A stretch of 64,000 bases of DNA from Macrostomum lignano. Taxonomy: Eukaryota. Under the pieces are notes generated by a model. That model did not search any database and had not been told where the DNA came from. It saw only the letters and a program-made list of their open reading frames with translations. The DNA is taken from NCBI GenBank assembly GCA_002269645.1, contig NIVC01000201.1:434001-498000 (forward strand), in the 5' to 3' direction. Positions 12,101 to 24,100 of the stretch are shown here, piece by piece; position 1 is the stretch's first letter, and each line of letters starts with the position of its first letter. The translations under genes were made by a program, and so were the position numbers.

Positions 12101-15100
12101 GGCTTCGGGCTTCAGCTGCTCTTGTCGCTCTTCTGACGGATGCGACCCGGCGGCCTCCGCCTCTGTTGGAGCCACATCATCCTTGACCTCAGCCTGCTTA
12201 GCAGCCTCTTCTGGCTTCAGTACTGCACCGCTTTCCTGGTCTGCGCGCAGCTCGAGCTTTTTGTCTTCAGGCTTCAGCTGCTCTTGTTGCTCCTCTGACA
12301 GACGTGATTCGGCGGCCGGTTCCTGTTTTGCAGTTAATCCCTCAGTCTTTGTGTTCTCTGGTACTGGGTGACTTGGTTCCTGCAATTGTACAGCCAATAC
12401 GCGGGTTTCAGATTCGACAACCACTGTCGTTTCCGAACCCTGAGGGCCTGCGCTGAGTTTCTCTTTACTCTCAGTGGCGGTATCGGTTGTGACCTTCGAC
12501 GGCACGGATGTCGTATCAGCATCCTCACTAAGCCTATGCTCTGCATTGTCAATTTTAGGCTGTTCCCGATCGACTAATTCCGTTGGCTTTGAGGATTCAA
12601 AGCCTAATGCCTCAGAAGGCTGAGCAGCCTCTTCTAGCTTTGGCGCTGCAGCGATTTTCTGGTCCGCGCGCAGCTCAAGCTCTTTGGCTTCGGGCTTTAG
12701 CTGCTCTTGTTGCTTTTCCGACGGACGCGACTCGGCGGCCTCCGCCTCTGTTGGAGCCACATCATCCTTGACCTCAGCCTGCTTAGCAGCCTCTTCTGGC
12801 TTCGATACTGCACCGCTTTCCTGGTCTGCGCGCAGCTCGAGCTCTTTGGCTTCGGGCTTCAGCTGCTCTTGTCGCTCTTCTGACGGACGCGACTCGGCGG
12901 CTTGCGCGTCTGTTGGAGCCACCTCATCCTTGACCTCAGCCTGCTTAGCAGCCCCTTCTGGCTTCGATACTGCACCGCTTTCCTGGTCTGCGCGCAGCTC
13001 GAGCTCTTTGGCTTCGGGCTTCAGCTGCTCTTGTCGCTCTTCTGACGGACGCGACTCGGCGGCTTGCGCGTCTGTTGGAGCCACCTCATCCTTGACCTCA
13101 GTCTTTTCGGCAGCCTCTTCAGGCTTCAGAGCTTCTCGACTCTCCCGATCTGCACGCAGCTCGAGCTCTTTGTCTTCAGGCTTCAGCTGCTCTTGTCGCT
13201 CTTCTGACGGAAGCGACTCGGCGGCTTGCGCGTCTGTTGGAGCCACCTCGTCCCTGACCTCAGCCTGCTTAACAGCCTCTTCAAGCTCTGGTGCTTCTCG
13301 GCTCTCCTGATCTGCTTGCAGCTCGAGCTCTTTGGCTTCGGGCTTCAGCTGCTCTTGTCGCTCTTCTGACGGATGCGACCCGGCGGCCTCCGCCTCTGTT
13401 GGAGCCACATCATCCTTGACCTCAGCCTGCTTAGCAGCCTCTTCTGGCTTCGGTACTGCACCGCTTTCCTGGTCTGCACGCAGCTCGAGCTCTTTGGCTT
13501 CGGCTTCAGCTGCTCTTGTTGCTCCTCTGACAGACGTGATTCGGCGGCCGGTTCCTGTTTTGCAGTTAATCCCTCAGTCTTTGTGTTCTCTGGTACTGCT
13601 TGACTTGGTTCCTGCAATTGTACAGCCAATACGCGGGTTTCAGATTCGACAACCACTGTCGTTTCCGAACCCTGAGGGCCTGCGCTGAGTTTCTCTTTAC
13701 TCTCAGTGGCGGTATCGGTTGTGACCTTCGACGGCACGGATGTCGTATCAGCATCCTCACTAAGCCTATGCTCTGCATTGTCAATTTTAGGCTGTTCCCG
13801 ATCGACTAATTCCGTTGGCTTTGAGGATTCAAAGCCTAATGCCTCAGAAGGCTGAGCAGCCTCTTCTAGCTTTGGCGCTGCAGCGATTTTCTGGTCGCGC
13901 GCAGCTCAAGCTCTTTGGCTTCGGGCTTCAGCTGCTCTTGTCGCTCTTCTGACGGACGCGACTCGGCGGCTTGCGCGTCTGTTGGAGCCACCTCATCCTT
14001 GACCTCAGCCTGCTTAGCAGCCCTTCTGGCTTCGATACTGCACCGCTTTCCTGGTCTGCGCGCAGCTCGAGCTCTTTGGCTTCGGGCTTCAGCTGCTCTT
14101 GTCGCTCTTCTGACGGACGCGACTCGGCGGCTTGCGCGTCTGTTGGAGCCACCTCATCCTTGACCTCAGCCTGCTTAGCAGCCCCTTCTGGCTTCGATAC
14201 TGCACCGCTTTCCTGGTCTGCGCGCAGCTCGAGCTCTTTGGCTTCGGGCTTCAGCTGCTCTTGTCGCTCTTCTGACGGACGCGACTCGGCGGCTTGCGCG
14301 TCTGTTGGAGCCACCTCATCCTTGACCTCAGCCTGCTTAGCAGCCCTTCTGGCTTCGATTCTCACCGCTTTCCTGGTCTGCGCGCAGCTCGAGCTCTTTG
14401 GCTTCGGGCTTCAGCTGCTCTTGTCGCTCTTTCTGACGGACGCGACTCGGCGGCTTGCGCGTCTGTTGGAGCCACCTCATCCTTGACCTCAGTCTTTTCG
14501 GCAGCCTCTTCAGGCTTCGGAGCTTCTCGACTCTCCTGATCTGCTTGCAGCTCAAGCTCTTTGGCTTCGGGCTTCAGCTGCTCTTGTTGCTTTTCCGACG
14601 GACGCGACTCGGCGGCTTGCGCGTCTGTTGGAGCCACCTCATCCCTGACCTCAGTCTTTTCGGCAGCCTCTTCAGGCTTCAGGAGCTTCTCGACTCTCCC
14701 GATCTGCACGCAGCTCGAGCTCTTTGGCTTCGGGCTTCAGCTGCTCTTGTCGCTCTTCTGACGGGCGCGACTCGGCGGCTTGCGCGTCTGTTGGAGCCAC
14801 CTCATCCTTGACCTCAGTCTTTCGGCAGCCTCTTCAGGCTTCAGAGCTTCTCGACTCTCCCGATCTGCACGCAGCTCGAGCTCTTTGGCTTCGGGCTTCA
14901 GCTGCTCTTGTTGCTTTTCCGACGGGCGCGACTCGGCGGCTTGCGCGTCTGTTGGAGCCACCTCGTCCCTGACCTCAGTCTTCTCGGCAGCCTCTTCAGG
15001 CTTCGAGCTTCTCGACTCTCCCGATCTGCACGCAGCTCGAGCTCTTTGGCTTCGGGCTTCAGCTGCTCTTGTCGCTCTTCTGACGACGCGACTCGGCTGC

Positions 15101-18100
15101 CTCCGCCTCTGTTGGAGCCACCACGTTCTTTACTTCAGCCTGCTTAGCAGCCCTTCTGGCTTCGATACTGCGCTTCCTGGTCTGCGCGCAGCTCGAGCTC
15201 TTTGGCTTCGGGCTTCAGCTGCTCTTGTCGCTCTTCTGACAGACGCGACTCGGAAGCTTGCGCGTCTGTTGGAGCCACGTCTCCTTGACCTCAGTCCTTT
15301 CGGCAGCCTCTTCAGGCTTCGGAGCTTCTCGACTCTCCTGATCTGCTTGCAGCTCAGCTCTTTGGCTTCGGGCTTCAGCTGCTCTTGTTGCTTTTGACGG
15401 ACGCGACTCGGCGGCTTGCGCGTCTGTTGGAGCCACCTCGTCCCTGACCTCAGTCTTTTCGGCAGCCTCTTCAGGCTTCGGAGCTTCTCGACTCTCCTGA
15501 TCTGCACGCAGCTCGAGCTCTTTGGCTTCGGGCTTCAGCTGCTCTTGTCGCTCTTCTGACGGGCGCGACCGGCGGCTTGCGCGTCTGTTGGAGCCACCTC
15601 ATCCTTGACCTCAGCCTGCTTAGCAGCCCCTTCTGGCTTCGATACTGCACCGCTTTCCTGGTCTGCGCGCAGCTCGAGCTCTTTGGCTTCGGGCTTCAGC
15701 TGCTCTTGTCGCTCTTCTGACGGGCGCGACTCGGCTGCCTCCGCCTCTGTTGGAGCCACCACGTTCTTTACTTCAGCCTGCTTAGCAGCCCCTTCTGGCT
15801 TCGATACTGCACCGCTTTCCTGGTCTGCGCGCAGCTCGAGCTCTTTGGCTTCGGGCTTCAGCTGCTCTTGTCGCTCTTCTGACAGACGCGACTCGGCGGC
15901 TTGCGCGTCTGTTGGAGCCACCTCATCCTTGACCTCAGTCTTTTCGGCAGCCTCTTCAGGCTTCAGAGCTTCTCGACTCTCCCGATCTGCACGCAGCTTG
16001 AGCTCTTTGGCTTCGGGCTTCAGCTGCTCTTGTTGCTTTTCCGACGGACGCGACTCGGCGGCTTGCGCGTCTGTTGGAGCCACCTCATCCTTGACCTCAG
16101 TCTTTTCGGCAGCCTCTTCAGGCTTCGGAGCTTCTCGGCTCTCCTGATCTGCTTGCAGCTCAAGCTCTTTGGCTTCGGGCTTCAGCTGCTCTTGTTGCTT
16201 TCTCCGACGGACGCGACTCGGCGGCTTGCGCGTCTGTTGGAGCCACCTCGTCCCTGACCTCAGTCTTCTCGGCAGCCTCTTCAGGCTTCGGAGCTTCTCG
16301 ACTCTCCCGATCTGCACGCAGCTCGAGCTCTTTGGCTTCGGGCTTCAGCTGCTCTTGTCGCTCTTCTGACGGACGCGACTCGGCGGCTTGCGCGTCTGTT
16401 GGAGCCACCTCATCCTTGACCTCAGCCTGCTTAGCAGCCCCTTCTGGCTTCGGTACTGACCGCTTTCCTGGTCTGCGCGCAGCTCGAGCTCTTTGGCTTC
16501 GGGCTTCAGCTGCTCTTGTCGCTCTTCTGACGGACGCGACTCGGCGGCTTGCGCGTCTGTTGGAGCCACCTCATCCTTGACCTCAGTCTTTTCAGCCTCT
16601 TCAGGCTTCAGAGCTTCTCGACTCTCCCGATCTGCACGCAGCTCGAGCTCTTTGGCTTCGGGCTTCAGCTGCTCTTGTTGCTTTTCCGACGGACGCGACT
16701 CGGCGGCTTGCGCGTCTGTTGGAGCCACCTCGTCCCTGACCTCAGCCTGCTTAACAGCCTCTTCAGGCTTTGGTGCTCTCGGCTCTCCTGATCTGCTTGC
16801 AGCTCGAGCTCTTTGCTTCGGCTTCAGCTGCTCCTGTTGCTCTTCTGACGGATGCGTCCGCCTCTGTTGGAGCCACATCATCCTTGACCTCAGCCTGCTT
16901 AGCAGCCTCTTCTGGCTTCAGTACTGCACCGCTTTCCTGGTCTGCTCGCAGCTCGAGCTCTTTGGCTTCGGGCTTCAGCTGCTCTTGTCGCTCTTCTGAC
17001 GGGCGCGACTCGGCGGCCTCCGCCTCTGTTGGAGCCACATCATCCTTGACCTCAGCCTGCTTAGCAGCCTCTTCTGGCTTCGGTACTGCACCGCTTTCCT
17101 GGTCTGCACGCAGCTCGAGCTCTTTGGCTTCGGGCTTCAGCTGCTCTTGTTGCTCCTCTGACAGACGTGATTCGGCGGCCGGTTCCTGTTTTGCAGTTAA
17201 TCCCTCAGTCTTTGTGTTCTCTGGTACTGCTTGACTTGGTTCCTGCAATTGTACAGCCAATACGCGGGTTTCAGATTCGACAACCACTGTCGTTTCCGAA
17301 CCCTGAGGGCCTGCGCTGAGTTTCTCTTTACTCTCAGTGGCGGTATCGGTTGTGACCTTCGACGGCACGGATGTCGTATCAGCATCCTCACTAAGCCTAT
17401 GCTCTGCATTGTCAATTTTAGGCTGTTCCGATCGACTAATTCCGTTGGCTTTGAGGATTCAAAGCCTAATGCCTCAGAAGGCTGAGCAGCCTCTTCTAGC
17501 TTTGGCGCTGCAGCGATTTTCTGGTCCGCGCGCAGCTCAAGCTCTTTGGCTTCGGGCTTCAGCTGCTCTTGTCGCTCTTCTGACGGACGCGACTCGGCGG
17601 CTTGCGCGTCTGTTGGAGCCACCTCATCCTTGACCTCAGCCTGCTTAGCAGCCCCTTCTGGCTTCGATACTGCACCGCTTTCCTGGTCTGCGCGCAGCTC
17701 GAGCTCTTTGGCTTCGGGCTTCAGCTGCTCTTGTCGCTCTTCTGACGGACGCGACTCGGCGGCTTGCGCGTCTGTTGGAGCCACCTCATCCTTGACCTCA
17801 GCCTGCTTAGCAGCCCCTTCTGGCTTCGATACTGCACCGCTTTCCTGGTCTGCGCGCAGCTCGAGCTCTTTGGCTTCGGGCTTCAGCTGCTCTTGTCGCT
17901 CTTCTGACGGACGCGACTCGGCGGCTTGCGCGTCTGTTGGAGCCACCTCATCCTTGACCTCAGTCTTTTCGGCAGCCTCTTCAGGCTTCGGAGCTTCTCG
18001 GCTCTCCTGATCTGCTTGCAGCTCAAGCTCTTTGGCTTCGGGCTTCAGCTGCTCTTGTTGCTTTTCCGACGGACGCGACTCGGCGGCTTGCGCGTCTGTT

Positions 18101-21100
18101 GGAGCCACCTCGTCCCTGACCTCAGTCTTTTCGGCAGCCTCTTCAGGCTTCGGAGCTTCTCGACTCTCCCGATCTGCACGCAGCTCGAGCTCTTTGGCTT
18201 CGGGCTTCAGCTGCTCTTGTCGCTCTTCTGACGGGCGCGACTCGGCGGCTTGCGCGTCTGTTGGAGCCACCTCATCCTTGACCTCAGTCTTTTCGGCAGC
18301 CTCTTCAGGCTTCAGAGCTTCTCGACTCTCCGATCTGCACGCAGCTCGAGCTCTTTGGCTTCGGGCTTCAGCTGCTCTTGTTGCTTTTCCGACGGACGCG
18401 ACTCGGCGGCTTGCGCGTCTGTTGGAGCCACCTCGTCCCTGACCTCAGTCTTCTCGGCAGCCTCTTCAGGCTTCGGAGCTTCTCGACTCTCCCGATCTGC
18501 ACGCAGCTCGAGCTCTTTGGCTTCGGGCTTCAGCTGCTCTTGTCGCTCTTCTGACGGGCGCGACTCGGCTGCCTCCGCCTCTGTTGGAGCCACCACGTTC
18601 TTTACTTCAGCCTGCTTAGCAGCCCCTTCTGGCTTCGATACTGCACCGCTTTCCTGGTCTGCGCGCAGCTCGAGCTCTTTGGCTTCGGGCTTCAGCTGCT
18701 CTTGTCGCTCTTCTGACAGACGCGACTCGGAAGCTTGCGCGTCTGTTGGAGCCACGTCTTCCTTGACCTCAGTCCTTTCGGCAGCCTCTTCAGGCTTCGG
18801 AGCTTCTCGCTCTCCTGATCTGCTTGCAGCTCAAGCTCTTTGGCTTCGGGCTTCAGCTGCTCTTGTTGCTTTTCCGACGGACGCGACTCGGCGGCTTGCG
18901 CGTCTGTTGGAGCCACCTCGTCCCTGACCTCAGTCTTTTCGGCAGCCTCTTCAGGCTTCGGAGCTTCTCGACTCTCCCGATCTGCACGCAGCTCGAGCTC
19001 TTTGGCTTCGGGCTTCAGCTGCTCTTGTCGCTCTTCTGACGGGCGCGACCCGGCGGCTTGCGCGTCTGTTGGAGCCACCTCATCCTTGACCTCAGCCTGC
19101 TTAGCAGCCCCTTCTGGCTTCGATACTGCACCGCTTTCCTGGTCTGCGCGCAGCTCGAGCTCTTTGGCTTCGGGCTTCAGCTGCTCTTGTCGCTCTTCTG
19201 ACGGCGCGACTCGGCTGCCTCCGCCTCTGTTGGAGCCACCACGTTCTTTACTTCAGCCTGCTTAGCAGCCCCTTCTGGCTTCGATACTGCACCGCTTTCC
19301 TGGTCTGCGCGCAGCTCGAGCTCTTTGGCTTCGGGCTTCAGCTGCTCTTGTCGCTCTTCTGACAGACGCGACTCGGCGGCTTGCGCGTCTGTTGGAGCCA
19401 CCTCATCCTTGACCTCAGTCTTTTCGGCAGCCTCTTCAGGCTTCAGAGCTTCTCGACTCTCCCGATCTGCACGCAGCTTGAGCTCTTTGGCTTCGGGCTT
19501 CAGCTGCTCTTGTTGCTTTTCCGACGGACGCGACTCGGCGGCTTGCGCGTCTGTTGGAGCCACCTCATCCTTGACCTCAGTCTTTTCGGCAGCCTCTTCA
19601 GGCTTCGGAGCTTCTCGGCTCTCCTGATCTGCTTGCAGCTCAAGCTCTTTGGCTTCGGGCTTCAGCTGCTCTTGTTGCTTTTCCGACGGACGCGACTCGG
19701 CGGCTTGCGCGTCTGTTGGAGCCACCTCGTCCCTGACCTCAGTCTTCTCGGCAGCCTCTTCAGGCTTCGGAGCTTCTCGACTCTCCCGATCTGCACGCAG
19801 CTCGAGCTCTTTGGCTTCGGGCTTCAGCTGCTCTTGTCGCTCTTCTGACGGGCGCGACTCGGCGGCTTGCGCGTCTGTTGGAGCCACCTCATCCTTGACC
19901 TCAGCCTGCTTAGCAGCCCCTTCTGGCTTCGGTACTGCACCGCTTTCCTGGTCTGCGCGCAGCTCGAGCTCTTTGGCTTCGGGCTTCAGCTGCTCTTGTC
20001 GCTCTTCTGACGGACGCGACTCGGCGGCTTGCGCGTCTGTTGGAGCCACCTCATCCTTGACCTCAGTCTTTTCGGCAGCCTCTTCAGGCTTCAGAGCTTC
20101 TCGACTCTCCCGATCTGCACGCAGCTCGAGCTCTTTGGCTTCGGGCTTCAGCTGCTCTTGTTGCTTTTCCGACGGACGCGACTCGGCGGCTTGCGCGTCT
20201 GTTGGAGCCACCTCGTCCCTGACCTCAGCCTGCTTAACAGCCTCTTCAGGCTTTGGTGCTTCTCGGCTCTCCTGATCTGCTTGCAGCTCGAGCTCTTTGG
20301 CTTCGGGCTTCAGCTGCTCCTGTTGCTCTTCTGACGGATGCGACCGGCGGCCTCCGCCTCTGTTGGAGCCACATCATCCTTGACCTCAGCCTGCTTAGCA
20401 GCCTCTTCTGGCTTCAGTACTGCACCGCTTTCCTGGTCTGCTCGCAGCTCGAGCTCTTTGGCTTCGGGCTTCAGCTGCTCTTGTCGCTCTTCTGACGGGC
20501 GCGACTCGGCGGCCTCCGCCTCTGTTGGAGCCACATCATCCTTGACCTCAGCCTGCTTAGCAGCCTCTTCTGGCTTCGGTACTGCACCGCTTTCCTGGTC
20601 TGCGCGCAGCTCGAGCTCTTTGGCTTCGGGCTTCAGCTGCTCTTGTCGCTCTTCTGACGGACGCGACTCGGCGGCTTGCGCGTCTGTTGGAGCCACCTCA
20701 TCCTTGACCTCAGCCTGCTTAGCAGCCTCTTCTGGCTTCGGTACTGCACCGCTTTCCTGGTCTGCGCGCAGCTCGAGCTTTTTGTCTTCAGGCTTCAGCT
20801 GCTCTTGTTGCTCCTCTGACAGACGTGATTCGGCGGCCGGTTCCTGTTTTGCAGTTAATCCCTCAGTCTTTGTGTTCTCTGGTACTGGGTGACTTGGTTC
20901 CTGCAATTGTACAGCCAATACGCGGGTTTCAGATTCGACAACCACTGTCGTTTCCGAACCCTGAGGGCCTGCGCTGAGTTTCTCTTTACTCTCAGTGGCG
21001 GTATCGGTTGTGACCTTCGACGGCACGGATGTCGTATCAGCATCTTCACTAAGCCTATGCTCTGCATTGTCAATTTTAGGCTGTTCCCGATCGACTAATT

Positions 21101-24100
21101 CCGTTGGCTTTGAGGATTCAAAGCCTAATGCCTCAGAAGGCTGAGCAGCCTCTTCTAGCTTTGGCGCTGCAGCGATTTTCTGGTCCGCGCGCAGCTCAAG
21201 CTCTTTGGCTTCGGGCTTTAGCTGCTCTTGTTGCTTTTCCGACGGACGCGACTCGGCGGCTTGCGCGTCTGTTGGAGCCACCTCGTCCCTGACCTCAGTC
21301 TTTTCGGCAGCCTCTTCAGGCTTCGGAGCTTCTCGACTCTCCCGATCTGCACGCAGCTCGAGCTCTTTGGCTTCGGGCTTCAGCTGCTCTTGTCGCTTTT
21401 CTGACGGCGCGACTCGGCGGCTTGCGCGTCTGTTGGAGCCACCTCATCCTTGACCTCAGCCTGCTTAGCAGCCCCTTCTGGCTTCGATACTGCACCGCTT
21501 TCCTGGTCTGCGCGCAGCTCGAGCTCTTTGGCTTCGGGCTTCAGCTGCTCTTGTCGCTCTTCTGACAGACGCGACTCGGCGGCTTGCGCGTCTGTTGGAG
21601 CCACGTCATCCTTGACCTCAGTCCTTTCGGCAGCCTCTTCAGGCTTCGGAGCTTCTCGGCTCTCCTGATCTGCTTGCAGCTCAAGCTCTTTGGCTTCGGG
21701 CTTCAGCTGCTCTTGTTGCTTTTCCGACGGACGCGACTCGGCGGCTTGCGCGTCTGTTGGAGCCACCTCGTCCCTGACCTCAGTCTTTTCGGCAGCCTCT
21801 TCAGGCTTCGGAGCTTCTCGACTCTCCCGATCTGCACGCAGCTCGAGCTCTTTGGCTTCGGGCTTCAGCTGCTCTTGTCGCTCTTCTGACGGGCGCGACT
21901 CGGCGGCTTGCGCGTCTGTTGGAGCCACCTCATCCTTGACCTCAGTCTTTTCGGCAGCCTCTTCAGGCTTCAGAGCTTCTCGACTCTCCCGATCTGCACG
22001 CAGCTCGAGCTCTTTGGCTTCGGGCTTCAGCTGCTCTTGTTGCTTTTCCGACGGACGCGACTCGGCGGCTTGCGCGTCTGTTGGAGCCACCTCGTCCCTG
22101 ACCTCAGTCTTCTCGGCAGCCTTTCAGGCTTCGGAGCTTCTCGACTCTCCCGATCTGCACGCAGCTCGAGCTCTTTGGCTTCGGGCTTCAGCTGCTCTTG
22201 TCGCTCTTCTGACGGGCGCGACTCGGCTGCCTCCGCCTCTGTTGGAGCCACCACGTTCTTTACTTCAGCCTGCTTAGCAGCCCCTTCTGGCTTCGATACT
22301 GCACCGCTTTCCTGGTCTGCGCGCAGCTCGAGCTCTTTGGCTTCGGGCTTCAGCTGCTCTTGTCGCTCTTCTGACAGACGCGACTCGGAAGCTTGCGCGT
22401 CTGTTGGAGCCACGTCTTCCTTGACCTCAGTCCTTTCGGCAGCCTCTTCAGGCTTCGAGCTTCTCGGCTCTCCTGATCTGCTTGCAGCTCAAGCTCTTTG
22501 GCTTCGGGCTTCAGCTGCTCTTGTTGCTTTTTCCGACGGACGCGACTCGGCGGCTTGCGCGTCTGTTGGAGCCACCTCGTCCCTGACCTCAGTCTTTTCG
22601 GCAGCCTCTTCAGGCTTCGGAGCTTCTCGACTCTCCCGATCTGCACGCAGCTCGAGCTCTTTGCTTCGGGCTTCAGCTGCTCTTGTCGCTCTTCTGACGG
22701 GCGCGACCGGCGGCTTGCGCGTCTGTTGGAGCCACCTCATCCTTGACCTCAGCCTGCTTAGCAGCCCCTTCTGGCTTCGATACTGCACCGCTTTCCTGGT
22801 CTGCGCGCAGCTCGAGCTCTTTGGCTTCGGCTTCAGCTGCTCTTGTCGCTCTTCTGACGGGCGCGACTCGGCTGCCTCCGCCTCTGTTGGAGCCACCACG
22901 TTCTTTACTTCAGCCTGCTTAGCAGCCCCTTCTGGCTTCGATACTGCACCGCTTTCCTGGTCTGCGCGCAGCTCGAGCTCTTTGGCTTCGGGCTTCAGCT
23001 GCTCTTGTCGCTCTTCTGACAGACGCGACTCGGCGGCTTGCGCGTCTGTTGGAGCCACCTCATCCTTGACCTCAGTCTTTTCGGCAGCCTCTTCAGGCTT
23101 CAGAGCTTCTCGACTCTCCCGATCTGCACGCAGCTCGAGCTCTTTGGCTTCGGGCTTCAGCTGCTCTTGTTGCTTTTCCGACGGACGCGACTCGGCGGCT
23201 GCGCGTCTGTTGGAGCCACCTCATCCTTGACCTCAGTCTTTCGGCAGCCTCTTCAGGCTTCGGAGCTTCTCGGCTCTCCTGATCTGCTTGCAGCTCAAGC
23301 TCTTTGGCTTCGGGCTTCAGCTGCTCTTGTTGCTTTTCGACGGACGCGACTCGGCGGCTTGCGCGTCTGTTGGAGCCACCTCGTCCTGACCTCAGTCTTC
23401 TCGGCAGCCTCTTCAGGCTTCGAGCTTCTCGACTCTCCCGATCTGCACGCAGCTCGAGCTCTTTGGCTTCGGGCTTCAGCTGCTCTTGTCGCTCTTCTGA
23501 CGGGCGCGACTCGGCGGCTTGCGCGTCTGTTGGAGCCACCTCATCCTTGACCTCAGCCTGCTTAGCAGCCCCTTCTGGCTTCGATACTGCACCGCTTCCT
23601 GGTCTGCGCGCAGCTCGAGCTCTTTGGCTTCGGGCTTCAGCTGCTCTTGTCGCTCTTCTGACGGACGCGACTCGGCGGCTGCGCGTCTGTTGGAGCCACC
23701 TCATCCTTGACCTCAGTCTTTTCGGCAGCCTCTTCAGGCTTCAGAGCTTCTCGACTCTCCCGATCTGCACGCAGCTCGAGCTCTTTTCTTCGGGCTTAGC
23801 TGCTCTTGTTGCTTTTCCGACGGACGCGACTCGGCGGCTTGCGCGTCTGTTGGAGCCACCTCGTCCCTGACCTCAGCCTGCTTAACAGCCTCTTCAGGCT
23901 TTGGTGCTTCTCGGCTCTCCTGATCTGCTTGCAGCTCGAGCTCTTTGGCTTCGGGCTTCAGCTGCTCCTGTTGCTCTTCTGACGGATGCGACCCGGCGGC
24001 TCCGCCTCTGTTGGAGCCACATCATCCTTGACCTCAGCCTGCTTAGCAGCCTCTTCTGGCTTCAGTACTGCACCGCTTTCCTGGTCTGCTCGCAGCTCGA